From a bacterium (GTDB taxonomy: Bacteria > Patescibacteriota > Minisyncoccia > UBA6257 > UBA9933), in the NCBI GenBank assembly GCA_021796335.1, contig JAJYHZ010000002.1:100516-164515 (forward strand): a stretch of 64,000 nucleotides of DNA. Direction: 5' to 3'. Of this stretch, positions 47,024 through 57,036 are shown one piece after another. Each line of letters starts with the position of its first letter. Position 1 is the stretch's first letter. The notes beneath the pieces are model-generated. The model worked only from the letters and a program-made list of their open reading frames with translations, was not told the origin of the DNA and did not search any database. A program made the translations under genes and the position numbers.

Positions 47024-49465
47024 ATGGAAAATAATTTTGAACAAAAAATTGAAAGAAGGGAGATATCAACAGAGCTTGAAGAGTCTTATCTTGATTACGC
47101 GATGTCGGTCATTATTACCCGCGCGCTTCCGGATGTCCGCGATGGGTTGAAGCCGGTTCAAAGGAGAATCCTGTGGACGATGTGGGAAACCGGATTAAAA
47201 GCCGGAACAAAATACAGAAAATCGGCGGCGGTCATCGGAGAAGTTTTGAAAAGCTACCATCCGCACGGTGACATTTCCGTTTATGACGCCATGACAAGAA
47301 TGGCACAGAATTTTTCTTTGCGCTATCCGCTGATCGACGGACAAGGAAACTTCGGCTCGATTGACGGCGATTCGGCGGCGGCCTACAGGTACACGGAAGC
47401 GCGCCTGGCAAAAATAGCAGAAGAGCTTTTATTCGATATCGAAAAAGAAACTGTTGACTGGCAACCAAACTATGACGGCAGCACGGAAGAACCAAAGGTT
47501 CTTCCTGCCAGACTACCCAATCTTTTATTGAATGGGGTTTCGGGAATCGCGGTCGGCATGGCGACAAGCATTCCTCCGCACAATTTGGGAGAAATCGTCG
47601 ACGCAACGGTTCACCTGATCGATCATCCAAAAGCAAGCACGGAAGAGCTGTTGAATTTCGTAAAAGGGCCGGACTTTCCGACCGGCGGGATTATTTATGA
47701 CAAAAGATCCGTTGTCGAAGCTTATACAACCGGACGAGGAAGTATTACCACCAGGGCGGCGGCGGAAATTCAAGAACGCAAAAACAACCAATCCAACATC
47801 GTAATCACCGAAATTCCCTATCAGGTTAACAAATCGGAATTAATCACGAAAATAGCAACCTTGGTTCAGGAGAAAAAAATCGAGGGAATTAAAGATTTGC
47901 GCGATGAAAGCGACCGCGAAGGTTTGCGCATCGTCATCGAGCTTAAAAACGACGTGCCGGGACAAAAAATCCTCAACCAGCTTTACAAGCACACCGACCT
48001 TCAAAAGAATTTCAATTACAATATGATTGCTTTGGTAAACGGACTTCAGCCACAGCTTCTTTCATTAAAGGAAATTCTGGAATACTACATCGACCACAGA
48101 AAGGAAGTCGTTACCCGAAGAGCGCAATTCGATTTGAAAAAAGCCAAGGAAAGGGCGCACATTCTCGAAGGACTGGCAAAAGCTTTGGATCATATCGACC
48201 AGGTAATTGCCACAATCAAAAAATCGAGAGACCGCGAAGACGCCAAAGGGAATTTGATCGAAAAATTTAAGCTGACCGAAATTCAGGCAACGGCAATTTT
48301 GGAAATGAGACTGCAGACTTTGGCGGCGCTGGAAAGACAAAAAATCGAAGACGAACTGAAAGAAAAATTAAAGATAATCAAGGAATTAGAGTTACTACTC
48401 AAAAGCTCGGAAAAAATCTTGAAAGTAGTCAGAGACGAACTCGGCGAAATAAAACAAAAATTCAGCGATGAACGCCGAACGAAAGTCGTTTCAACGGGGA
48501 TCAAGGAGTTTAAAGAAGAAGATCTGATTCCGGAAGAAGAGGCGATTATCACCCTGTCGCGAAGCGGCTATATAAAAAGAATCGCACCAAATACATTTAA
48601 AACCCAAAGAAGAGGCGGGAAGGGGTTGATTGGTTCGGATATAAATGAAGAGGACTTACTACTCCATTTCATATCGACTGATACTCATGACAACATGCTT
48701 TTCTTCACTGACAGGGGAAGAGTTTTCCAGACAAAAGTTTATGAAATTCCGGTCGGAAGCAGAACCGCAAAAGGAAAAATAATCCAGAACTTTTTGGAAA
48801 TTCCTCCGGAAGAAAATATCAGCGCAATAATTTCTTATCCGAATTCATTATTAGAAGACAAAAATAATTTCTTGGTGATGCTGACTCAAGGCGGGACAAT
48901 TAAAAAAACTGCTTTGACTGATTTCTCCAATATCAGAAAAACCGGAATTATTGCCATAAACCTACAAAAAGGAGATTTATTGAAAGGCGTAAAACTTTCA
49001 TCGGGTAAAGACGAGGTTATAATCACGACCGGAGCGGGACAGGCGATCAGATTTAAAGAAACTCAGCTTAAACCAATGGGGAGAAATGCGGCTGGGGTAA
49101 GAGCGATTAAACTGAAGAAAAATGACTTCGTAGCCGGATTCGATATTATCAAAACCGCGGACGGAAAAGAAAAATTACTGGTAGTGACGGAAAACGGATT
49201 TGCCAAGCAAACGCCGCTAAAAGAATACAAGGTGCAGAGCCGCGGCGGCATGGGAATTAAAACTTCCAAAGTAACGGTAAAAACAGGCGCGGTTATAACG
49301 GGCCAAATTATCAGAGACAAAGAAGAACTCTTGGCGATTTCCGCCAAGGGGCAGGTAATCCGCACTCAGCTATCAAGCATAAGAACGGCGGGAAGAGCGA
49401 CCAGTGGAGTCAGAATTATGACTTTAAAAGATAAAGATAAGATTGCCGGAATCGTAACCTTATAA
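47024..49465 (+). CDS. gyrA: DNA gyrase subunit A
   Basis: [38 protein letters not shown] (catalytic Tyr) and a C-terminal beta-pinwheel. 813 aa. Confidence 0.9.
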   Translation: MENNFEQKIERREISTELEESYLDYAMSVIITRALPDVRDGLKPVQRRILWTMWETGLKAGTKYRKSAAVIGEVLKSYHPHGDISVYDAMTRMAQNFSLRYPLIDGQGNFGSIDGDSAAAYRYTEARLAKIAEELLFDIEKETVDWQPNYDGSTEEPKVLPARLPNLLLNGVSGIAVGMATSIPPHNLGEIVDATVHLIDHPKASTEELLNFVKGPDFPTGGIIYDKRSVVEAYTTGRGSITTRAAAEIQERKNNQSNIVITEIPYQVNKSELITKIATLVQEKKIEGIKDLRDESDREGLRIVIELKNDVPGQKILNQLYKHTDLQKNFNYNMIALVNGLQPQLLSLKEILEYYIDHRKEVVTRRAQFDLKKAKERAHILEGLAKALDHIDQVIATIKKSRDREDAKGNLIEKFKLTEIQATAILEMRLQTLAALERQKIEDELKEKLKIIKELELLLKSSEKILKVVRDELGEIKQKFSDERRTKVVSTGIKEFKEEDLIPEEEAIITLSRSGYIKRIAPNTFKTQRRGGKGLIGSDINEEDLLLHFISTDTHDNMLFFTDRGRVFQTKVYEIPVGSRTAKGKIIQNFLEIPPEENISAIISYPNSLLEDKNNFLVMLTQGGTIKKTALTDFSNIRKTGIIAINLQKGDLLKGVKLSSGKDEVIITTGAGQAIRFKETQLKPMGRNAAGVRAIKLKKNDFVAGFDIIKTADGKEKLLVVTENGFAKQTPLKEYKVQSRGGMGIKTSKVTVKTGAVITGQIIRDKEELLAISAKGQVIRTQLSSIRTAGRATSGVRIMTLKDKDKIAGIVTL

Positions 49466-49477
49466 AATTTTCGGGAA

Positions 49478-49506
49478 CCGCCTCAGAAAACCTGAGGCGG
49501 TTTTTA
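49478..49506 (+). terminator. gyrA terminator CCGCCTCAG-AAAA-CCTGAGGCGG plus TTTTT
   Basis: Perfect 9-bp stem followed by a T-run. Confidence 0.75.
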
Positions 49507-49563
49507 CTCTTTTATAAAAGAGTATACAAATTTAACGATCGTTGGAATTGTATACTTATGTTT

Positions 49564-50079
49564 TTAAACAATATTAACCTCTTTTGCGGCAAAGAATTTT
49601 AAATACGGTAAAATATTTATTTGATTCAGATATTGAATAAATTCTTCCGGAAGCGCCGCTGGACCTATCCATACGCTCTTTTGCAATAATTTAAATCCTA
49701 AATTAATTAATTCTTTTCTTAGCCAATATCTTTCTTTTTTGTGCTCTTCAGGAATATCAAATATTATAATTAAGTCTTTTTTGAAACTTTTTTGATATTG
49801 CTTAAAATGTTTTAATTTTTTCTCAATCAAATTCTTTCCGATTTTTGTTGTCACCCAACCATCTTTTTTCTTTTCCAATAATCCTTTCTTTTTTAGCCTA
49901 TAAAGAGTTGTTTTGAGTGTTTGTTCTTTTATATTTTGATAATTTATCTCTGATTTATATTTATACGGAACAGCTTCAAGTCCGACCAATTTACGCCGGA
50001 TCGCTTTATAGCTAGTGTGATAACCCGAAAAGCATATTGTTAATACATCATCTGTTAAACTCATAATTTTAGTATACAT
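49564..50079 (-). CDS. winged-HTH regulator fused to a Cas2/VapD-like (PaaX_C-like) domain
   Basis: N-terminal half TLYRLKKKGLLEKKKDGWVTTKIGKNL resembles a PadR/PaaX wHTH. C-terminal DLIIIFDIPEEHKKERYWLRKELINLGFKLLQKSVWIGP matches the Cas2 core pattern (YD.. .R.. L...G.R.Q.SV). I recognise the family only tentatively. Confidence 0.45.
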   Translation of the reverse strand: MYTKIMSLTDDVLTICFSGYHTSYKAIRRKLVGLEAVPYKYKSEINYQNIKEQTLKTTLYRLKKKGLLEKKKDGWVTTKIGKNLIEKKLKHFKQYQKSFKKDLIIIFDIPEEHKKERYWLRKELINLGFKLLQKSVWIGPAALPEEFIQYLNQINILPYLKFFAAKEVNIV

Positions 50080-50165
50080 ATTCCACGATCGTTGTAAATG
50101 TATACCAGCTTAATTTAAAATTATATTGAATTTGAAACATAATTTGATACAATTATTTCAATTTT

Positions 50166-51446
50166 ATGATGGATGGTATTCCAAAATCCAGAATTTTAAT
50201 CATCGCGATTATCGGTCTGATCCTGATATTTTTTCTTTTGGCCGTATTCGGCGTTTTTACTCCGAAAAGCAACCCCTCGACAAACGCCAATCTGGTCATT
50301 TGGGGAATTGACGACGCAAATGCGGCAGTTCCAGTTTTCAGCCAATACATGCAGCAAAATCCCGGAATAAAAATCTCCTATCGGCAATTCGATCCAAATC
50401 AAATCAAAAGCCAATTCATAAACGCGCTAGCTGCCGGAACCGGGCCAGACATTGTAATGATTCATAATGATTGGATTCCGACCCAATATGACAAACTAAC
50501 TCCCGCACCGCAGGGAACGATTTCTTCATCGCAAATCCAGCAGCTTTTCGCTCCCACGGCTTCGAATGATTTTATTTTGAATTATCAGGGGACGGACTAC
50601 ATCTATGCCTTGCCGCTTTATTTGGATTCACTGGCGCTGTTTTACAATAAAGATATTTTAAACAATAAGGGCGTGGCTCTTTTGCCGACAACCTGGGACG
50701 ATTTTAAAATTCTTGTTCCCAATTTAACCGAAACGGATTTAAATCATCAGATAAAAAAGGCGGGCGCCGCAATCGGCGGTTCGGGAAAATCAATTTTGAA
50801 CGCTTCTGATTTGCTGACTTTATTGATGATGCAAAACGGCTCGGCGATTTTCAATCCACAAACCAATCTGGCCAATTTTTCGGATCAGAATGGCAGCAAT
50901 GCTCTGAATTTTTACACTCAATTCGCCAATTCTAACAGCCCTTATTACACGTGGGATGACAGCCTGGGAAGCGACCTTGATTTGTTCGGCTCAGGTCAGG
51001 TTGCAATGATATTCGCTTATGCCCGCCAAATTCCGGCCTTGCAGGAAAAGAATCCTTATTTAAACTTCGGGGTTTCCGTAATGCCCCAATTGAATCCAAA
51101 TCAACCGGTTAACTTTGCGAACTACTGGGGTCTGGCGGTTTCAAAGCAAAGCGCCAATCCGCAAGCAGCTTGGAATTTTATAATCTGGTTGACAACCGAT
51201 CAGACCAATTCCCTTTCTTATTTGAAAGCGGTGAATGAATCCCCGGCTTTGCGAACTTTGATCGCCCAGTATCAAAACGATCCCGCCTTGGGCGCATTCG
51301 CAAAACAAGCCTTGACAGCAAAAACAATTTACAATATGAATGACAATTTTCGCCAAATTTTTTCCAATATGATAGAATCTGTTTTGAGTGGAAAAGCGGA
51401 TGTTAATACGGCACTGAGTCAGGCACAAGGTGCGATGAATCCTTAA
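50166..51446 (+). CDS. ABC-type sugar-binding protein (family 1 SBP), N-terminally anchored, no cognate permease nearby
   Basis: TM anchor, then an SBP_bac_1-like fold (LVIWGIDDANAAVPVFSQYMQQNPGIKIS...). 426 aa. Confidence 0.65.
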   Translation: MMDGIPKSRILIIAIIGLILIFFLLAVFGVFTPKSNPSTNANLVIWGIDDANAAVPVFSQYMQQNPGIKISYRQFDPNQIKSQFINALAAGTGPDIVMIHNDWIPTQYDKLTPAPQGTISSSQIQQLFAPTASNDFILNYQGTDYIYALPLYLDSLALFYNKDILNNKGVALLPTTWDDFKILVPNLTETDLNHQIKKAGAAIGGSGKSILNASDLLTLLMMQNGSAIFNPQTNLANFSDQNGSNALNFYTQFANSNSPYYTWDDSLGSDLDLFGSGQVAMIFAYARQIPALQEKNPYLNFGVSVMPQLNPNQPVNFANYWGLAVSKQSANPQAAWNFIIWLTTDQTNSLSYLKAVNESPALRTLIAQYQNDPALGAFAKQALTAKTIYNMNDNFRQIFSNMIESVLSGKADVNTALSQAQGAMNP

Positions 51447-51544
51447 TATTTTGACGGCGAGAGGCAGATCAAGAAGTAAATAAATTTTTATTTACTGAGT
51501 TTGTCGAAGTATAAAAATTTTAAAATCATGTCTAAGGCGAGGTT

Positions 51545-51958
51545 ATGAAAAAAAATAATTTAATTAAACTTATTCCGATAATTTCCATTGCCAGCGCTGC
51601 TTTAAATTTTTCCCAATTCTATCAGACTTATGCCAAAGAAGATTCCACCACGGGTCTTGTTCGCTGCCACGGTCTCAATTGCAGCTTTTGCGACCTTATA
51701 TCTCTAGTCAGCAGATTGTTTAATACGGCTTATGAACTGGCCATCGCCATAGCCACTGTTTTGCTTTTGGTGGGCGCGATTCAGATTATGATTTCCGGAG
51801 CAAAACCCGGACTTTTGGAAAAAGGGAAAAAAACGATTACGGGGTCTGTTATCGGTTTGGTTATTCTGTTCGCTTCCTGGATTATTATTGACACAGTGAT
51901 TAAAATTTTAACCGGGGGAGCCGCATTCGGGCCGTGGAACGCTTTGCCGCCCTGCTAA
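51545..51958 (+). CDS. VirB2/TrbC-like pilin paralog 1
   Basis: Signal anchor plus two hydrophobic helices. LISLVSRLFNTAYELAIAIATVLLLVGAIQIM...GSVIGLVILFASWIIIDTVIKILTGGA parallels the VirB2 mature region (...KTLTGGG). Confidence 0.5.
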   Translation: MKKNNLIKLIPIISIASAALNFSQFYQTYAKEDSTTGLVRCHGLNCSFCDLISLVSRLFNTAYELAIAIATVLLLVGAIQIMISGAKPGLLEKGKKTITGSVIGLVILFASWIIIDTVIKILTGGAAFGPWNALPPC

Positions 51959-52060
51959 ATAACGAATAACTGATGGCAAGAAAAAAAATCGTCATTCTGA
52001 GAAAAACGGAGCAAAGCGAAGAATCTCATTTAAGGATAGGCTATATTTGATGCTCGCTAT

Positions 52061-52516
52061 TTGCCATTAGTTATTAATTTATTGTATATTTTGAAAATGG
52101 ATTATCTTACAGGAAAATTTTTACTGGGGATTTTTAAAATACAAAGGGTTTTTGCTTTTAATAATCCTTCCAGTAATACAGGGTCATTCAATAACCCAAC
52201 ATCTAATACGGGTTCGTTTAATAATCCAGGAGTAAACGGCGGAGGATCATCCCTTGTGATAAAACCGCCAACTTCTTACAACAATATCTACGACTTAATC
52301 AACGGCATTGCCAGCTATATAATCTGGATAGCCATACCTATTGCCACTATTATGATTATTTTCGGAGCTTACCAGATATTATTTTCAACAGGAGATCCGG
52401 CCAAGGTTAAAAAAGGAAGGGATACGATTTTATATTCTTTGGTGGGGTTAATGGTGGCATTGCTTGTTAAGGGAATTATTTCTATAATTAAGCAAGTTTT
52501 AGGAGTAAATAACTAA
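52061..52516 (+). CDS. VirB2/TrbC-like pilin paralog 2 (with NNPSSNTGSF repeats)
   Basis: Same two-helix C-terminal architecture (IIWIAIPIATIMIIFGAYQILFSTGDPAKVKKG...VGLMVALLVKGIISIIKQ). Low-complexity Asn/Ser/Gly repeats precede it. Confidence 0.5.
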   Translation: MPLVINLLYILKMDYLTGKFLLGIFKIQRVFAFNNPSSNTGSFNNPTSNTGSFNNPGVNGGGSSLVIKPPTSYNNIYDLINGIASYIIWIAIPIATIMIIFGAYQILFSTGDPAKVKKGRDTILYSLVGLMVALLVKGIISIIKQVLGVNN

Positions 52517-52522
52517 AATATA

Positions 52523-52900
52523 TTGAAAGGTCGCCAGAAATTATTCTATTTTATGAAAAAATTAGGAATCGGATTAATGGCAGCAGTTTTGCCGGCATTG
52601 GCAGCGGCGCAAACCGCTCCGCTAAATCAAGGTGGCATTCCTCCATCACTACCCGACACGAGCGTTAATTCATATGGCGGATTGATTGGATTTTTAAGCA
52701 CTGTCGGCAACTGGGCGTTTGGAATTTTGTTGGCTTTAGCAGTTTTATTCATTATTTATGCCGCTTATCTTTATCTTTTCTCGCAAGGAGGAGATAACAC
52801 CTCAAAAGCCAAGAGTGTTATTATTTACGCGATAGTTGCAATCGTAGTGGCTATTATTGCAAAAGGATTAGTGACAATTGCTCAAACCTTAGTTCACTGA
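52523..52900 (+). CDS. VirB2/TrbC-like pilin paralog 3
   Basis: Signal peptide MKKLGIGLMAAVLPALAAAQ, then AFGILLALAVLFIIYAAYLYLFSQGGDNTSKAKSVIIYAIVAIVVAIIAKGLVTIAQ. Confidence 0.5.
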   Translation: MKGRQKLFYFMKKLGIGLMAAVLPALAAAQTAPLNQGGIPPSLPDTSVNSYGGLIGFLSTVGNWAFGILLALAVLFIIYAAYLYLFSQGGDNTSKAKSVIIYAIVAIVVAIIAKGLVTIAQTLVH

Positions 52901-53096
52901 TCATTAAAATAAGAACAAAATTCCCCCAAAAGGGGATTTTTGTTTGGGTTTATTTAACTTAAGTTATTGGCTATTAGCTAGAGAATATTTTAACAGCTCA
53001 AATAAACAGCTAAAACTTTACAGTTCAACAGTAAATATAATTGATTCGTATAAATAATAAATTTATCCCATATATAAAGTTTATGTGCAGGAAATA

Positions 53097-53130
53097 AAAA
53101 GCCCTCGCTCCGTTAACGGATGAGGGCTAT
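53097..53130. terminator. terminator hairpin AAAAGCCCTCGCTCCGTTAACGGATGAGGGCTAT
   Basis: Downstream of the stop (53163) of the GC-rich minus-strand operon. Confidence 0.55.
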
Positions 53131-53162
53131 ATTCAACCTCCTTTCCTGAAAGATTTTATTTT

Positions 53163-53963
53163 TTACGACAATGATTTAATGGTCACCCTCCCTCCTACTG
53201 GCCCGGAGAACCGGATGACATCGCCGGAATGCACAGGCCAGTTTTGCTGATGAATCTCCACACGGTCATGCTCCACACCATTGGCGCTATAGATATGGGC
53301 CTGGGTGCCGTCCGGCCCTTTTACATCAGTTTTTCCGGCGGGGAAAGCCTTTGTAAAAAATGGCTTAGAGAGCTGGTCAAGGCCTTTCAGCTCGCAGGAC
53401 CACACCTTATAAGACGGCGTGGCGGTGGGAATTGAACTGGCCGCTATCTCTTCTTCATGCCCAGGCCTTATCTTATTCCAAGCCCATTTAAATGAGCTTG
53501 GGAAGATTATTGCCCAGACCACCCCGATGATTACAAGATAAGACACGGCTTTGAAAAACTTCTTCGCAGCCGGACCAGTCCCGTCAATCGACAACAAGAC
53601 AATCGGAACGGCCACAATAGCAACCATTCCCGGATGAAACGGTAGCCACGGCGAGAATATCGCCGCGAACATGACGACCACCAGCTCATAAAATATAATG
53701 CTGGCAATCCATGCTCGCGCCCTTTGGCCGATAATAGCAAGGAGTAAGGACCAGCCGATGGTCATAAAATACAGAAGTGCCAGTACCACCGGCACAAGCC
53801 CCACTATCGCTGTAGCGACCGGGCTGCCGTAATTAATTGCTACGATAACCGTGGCAATGGGCCAAAAAATTATTATCCGCAGGATCCATCTGGCCCACCG
53901 ATTGCCAGTATTCCATAGACGTACAACCAACTGCCATAATTCCTGTATTGACAATAAAATCAT
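53163..53963 (-). CDS. hypothetical membrane protein (GC-rich operon, gene 4)
   Basis: 4-5 TM helices, then a ~110-aa soluble C-terminal domain. GC-rich codon usage unlike the rest of the window. Confidence 0.55.
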   Translation of the reverse strand: MILLSIQELWQLVVRLWNTGNRWARWILRIIIFWPIATVIVAINYGSPVATAIVGLVPVVLALLYFMTIGWSLLLAIIGQRARAWIASIIFYELVVVMFAAIFSPWLPFHPGMVAIVAVPIVLLSIDGTGPAAKKFFKAVSYLVIIGVVWAIIFPSSFKWAWNKIRPGHEEEIAASSIPTATPSYKVWSCELKGLDQLSKPFFTKAFPAGKTDVKGPDGTQAHIYSANGVEHDRVEIHQQNWPVHSGDVIRFSGPVGGRVTIKSLS

Positions 53964-54562
53964 CTTATCCCCCTTTGGTCGAGAAAATTATTGAGGTGGC
54001 CTAAAACCCCGGCCACCCTGACATCGGCCTGCTGAAGCACAGCGGGCGCCTGTCGTATTCCCCTCCACGTCATCTGGAGGTACTGCTGAACCACATTGTG
54101 GTCCAAAAACTCCAGTATCCTGTCCCTTTCGGCGTCGGTCATGTGACCGATCTGCTTAAAAACTTCAAGCAGTTCGGTCTCGGGATCAAAATTCCCGAGC
54201 TTGAGATGACCAATCTTTCTTAGCAGTTCCTCTCCGTCCGGCCCGCCGATGCGGAGGATCATGAGGTAGAGTCGGGATAATAACTCCACGGCTTTGTTTT
54301 CATGCGGAACCCGTTGCAACCAGTCCAAAATATTCTGAGCCGCTTCCGGATCCGCATCCGCAAGAACTCTTTCGAGGAAGTGATATAATTTTTCGCGATG
54401 ATTCTCTTCTAATTCTTTCTGAAGAGTCTCACCGCCTTTTTTTACCCCCTCCTCGATAATGACTTTTGTGTGCTTTTTCACCTGTTCCTTTAATTCCTCG
54501 ACTATCGCGGTAACGACACCCGCGAAGCCAATCTCCTTCCAACTAATTCCAAATACACCCAT
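53960..54562 (-). CDS. hypothetical helical protein (GC-rich operon, gene 3)
   Basis: 200-aa ORF overlapping neighbours by 4 and 1 nt (translationally coupled). No family assignable. Confidence 0.55.
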   Translation of the reverse strand: MGVFGISWKEIGFAGVVTAIVEELKEQVKKHTKVIIEEGVKKGGETLQKELEENHREKLYHFLERVLADADPEAAQNILDWLQRVPHENKAVELLSRLYLMILRIGGPDGEELLRKIGHLKLGNFDPETELLEVFKQIGHMTDAERDRILEFLDHNVVQQYLQMTWRGIRQAPAVLQQADVRVAGVLGHLNNFLDQRGIR

Positions 54563-54563
54563 A

Positions 54564-55163
54564 TCAACCTCCTAAGTAAACTTTAACGGTTTGAATCGCC
54601 TTGCCGGCAATAAACCGTATTGTTTTTATACGTTCTGCCAGAGTGACTGAAATAGTTACTTCGGCATATCCTTCGCCATTGGCCGTAAGAACCTTTGGCT
54701 TTTTGCTATTTTCGTACATCTGAATCTGGAGGTACGGTATTGGCTTGTCTTCGGTGCTGACAACAATCGGGCGGAGCAGATATTTTCCTTTTTCAAGGAA
54801 TTTTTGCTGCACCCGGATGCACCCGACCTCAACCTTTGCGGGTTTTGGCGGCTCAGGAATGGACACGGAGTGGTAAGCTTCGCCGTGTCTGTTCTCCTCG
54901 ATAGCCTCAACCCTGTAAAATCCGGGTTTATCGAAAAAGATTTTTAGGCTTGCCTTGCCGTTGTTATCTGTCCGTTCCGGAGATTCACAATTGGTTCCAT
55001 TAATCCTGAATTGTACAGGATCATTGGAAACCGGCCAACTACCTTTTTTTACATCAACCAGCGCATGGATAAACCAGCGCTGACCTTCCTTTTGCGGATC
55101 CGTCAATGTCAGAAAAATCCTGACTGGCGGATCTGGTCTTCTTTGTTGTCGTGGTGTTGGCAT
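54564..55163 (-). CDS. hypothetical beta-sandwich (Ig-like repeat) protein (GC-rich operon, gene 2)
   Basis: Two internal repeats of strand-rich sequence (VQFRINGTN...YRVEAIEEN and IQMYENSKKPKVLTANGEGYAEVTISV). 199 aa. Confidence 0.5.
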   Translation of the reverse strand: MPTPRQQRRPDPPVRIFLTLTDPQKEGQRWFIHALVDVKKGSWPVSNDPVQFRINGTNCESPERTDNNGKASLKIFFDKPGFYRVEAIEENRHGEAYHSVSIPEPPKPAKVEVGCIRVQQKFLEKGKYLLRPIVVSTEDKPIPYLQIQMYENSKKPKVLTANGEGYAEVTISVTLAERIKTIRFIAGKAIQTVKVYLGG

Positions 55164-55394
55164 TTGAATCTCCTTTTTAATTTTTATCTTTCTCTCAGGT
55201 TTTTAGTTTTTAAAGACCTAAATTCCAGAGCGAGGATATATCCAGACTTGGATATATCTGTTCTGAAATTTTCTATATTATACCACTATTTGTTTTAAAG
55301 TCAATACCTCCGTTATGGTTCACCAGCTTGGAATCGGCCAGAAAAAAGGCGGCTTTAGAAAGCCGCCATCTATATAAAACAAGGGGAAATGAAA

Positions 55395-55892
55395 TTACCG
55401 CTTAATCCCTCTTTTTTCAAGCTCGAGCCGAACTCCTTTAATAAGTCCAGCGACGTTTTCGTCCAGTTGCCTGAACGAGTCGCCGGCGTTTTCGGCGAAA
55501 GTTCTTCCCTGAAGAACTTTGAGGCGAGTTTTTAAATCGCCTATATCGAGCTCGGCAAAGCCATTCAGTGCCTGCTTGATTTCTTCCGGTGTTCTGGAAG
55601 AAGCCAGGAAACTGACATGACCCGCCAATCCGTTGATTAAGCCATCGCCTTCTTTGTTTTTTCCGAGTTCGGACAAGTGCCCGAACATCTTGTTTTGCAT
55701 CACCGAATCCAGCTGACCGATGAAAGCAAATAGCTGATTCCGATCGGTTGTTATAAATGTCTTTGGGTGCTCTGTCATAAGCGCGCCCTTTGCGCCCACG
55801 CCACTCGCTGCTGTTTCTCTTAAAAAACTCTTTGCAAAATCTATTAAGCCCTTTTTAAAAGTACTCATATCTTTTCCTCCTTGGAAAAGCAA
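55395..55892 (-). CDS. hypothetical protein (GC-rich operon, gene 1)
   Basis: 165 aa. The start may be MSTFKKGL at 55869. No family assignable. Confidence 0.5.
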   Translation of the reverse strand: MLFQGGKDMSTFKKGLIDFAKSFLRETAASGVGAKGALMTEHPKTFITTDRNQLFAFIGQLDSVMQNKMFGHLSELGKNKEGDGLINGLAGHVSFLASSRTPEEIKQALNGFAELDIGDLKTRLKVLQGRTFAENAGDSFRQLDENVAGLIKGVRLELEKRGIKR

Positions 55893-55950
55893 TTAATATC
55901 ATTATACAATTATTTGCTTTTTAGTCAAAATTATTTAAAGTTCTATAAAC

Positions 55951-56031
55951 GGGCAGGTGGCGAAATGGCAAACGCACTAGCTTTAGGAGCTAGCGCCGCA
56001 AGGCTTGCGGGTTCAAGTCCCGCCCTGCCCA
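55951..56031 (+). tRNA. tRNA-Leu(TAG)
   Basis: GGGCAGG acceptor pairs with CCTGCCC. Anticodon loop TTTAGGA (TAG), long variable arm, GGTTCAAGTCC T-arm. Confidence 0.85.
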
Positions 56032-56080
56032 CTATTTTTAATTTTTAATTTACTACTATTATTCTGCTATTATTTTTCTC

Positions 56081-56114
56081 AATCAAATTTTGAGCGATCG
56101 CTCAAAATTTGATT
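56081..56114 (+). repeat. 34-bp palindrome element (copy 5, no DnaA box)
   Basis: AATCAAATTTTGAGCGATCGCTCAAAATTTGATT at 56081-56114, then TCATATTTT instead of GGTTATCCACA. It lies between the tRNA-Leu 3' end and the recombinase stop. Confidence 0.9.
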
Positions 56115-56130
56115 TCATATTTTTAGAAAG

Positions 56131-57036
56131 CTAACTTCTCCTGCGAGCGTGAAAAGTCTTGTGAATTTCTTTCAACTCTTTATTAGTTAAATGCGTATAA
56201 ATCTGCGTCGTTGAAATATTAGAATGACCAAGCAGTTCTTGCACCGAACGCAAGTCAGCTCCGTTGATTAAAAGATCGGTAGCAAAGGAATGACGCAATA
56301 AATGCGGATGAACTTTTTTTGAAATGCCGGCCTTGCGGGAATAGAAATCAACCAGGCGCTGGATTGCGCGCGGAATAATCCGGCCGATGACTTTCGGGCT
56401 TTTCGCCTTGGTCAAACTTATAAACAACGCTTCTTCGGCATCAGAGCGCTTATCTAAATACTCTCTGATAAATTTTTTGGCGCGATCGGAAAGAAACACA
56501 ACCCGCAACTTACTCCCCTTTCCGCGGACACTTAGTTCTCCTCTTTCCAAATCAAAATAACGATTTAAACTGCAAAGTTCTGAAACGCGCAGCCCGGTGG
56601 AAAACAATAATTCCAAAATTGCCTTATCGCGGAGAGATTTCAAATCATCTCCATTCGGAGAACTCAGCAATCTTTCAAGTTCATCATATTCAATAGTTTC
56701 TATTTGGCGCGTCGGAATTTTTGGAAGCTCGATTTTATCCGGCGATAAAGTTGAAAAATCATTTTTATTTAGATATTTCAGAAAATTTCTTATGGCAATA
56801 ATGTAATAACTTTGCGTTGTCTTTTTAAACGATTCACCTTCAATATTTTCAAGCCGGGCAAGATAGATCCGGAAATCGCGAATTTTATCTATTGCAATAT
56901 CCGATTCATTTTTAATATTCCCAAACTCAAAAAATTTTTTTAAATATCTTTCGTAATTAGCCCGGGTTTTAGGCGAGCGATTTTTTTCAATTTCCAAGTA
57001 GTCCAAATAGTTTTTAAGAAGACGGTTTATTTCCAT
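56131..57036 (-). CDS. xerD: XerC/XerD-type tyrosine recombinase
   Basis: N-terminal LDYLEIEKNRSPKTRANYERYLKKF and C-terminal HPHLLRHSFATDLLINGADLRSVQELLGHSNISTTQIYTHL (R..HxxR..Y). Start taken at MEINRLL; the longer track ORF reads through a parS-like inverted repeat. Confidence 0.8.
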   Translation of the reverse strand: MEINRLLKNYLDYLEIEKNRSPKTRANYERYLKKFFEFGNIKNESDIAIDKIRDFRIYLARLENIEGESFKKTTQSYYIIAIRNFLKYLNKNDFSTLSPDKIELPKIPTRQIETIEYDELERLLSSPNGDDLKSLRDKAILELLFSTGLRVSELCSLNRYFDLERGELSVRGKGSKLRVVFLSDRAKKFIREYLDKRSDAEEALFISLTKAKSPKVIGRIIPRAIQRLVDFYSRKAGISKKVHPHLLRHSFATDLLINGADLRSVQELLGHSNISTTQIYTHLTNKELKEIHKTFHARRRS

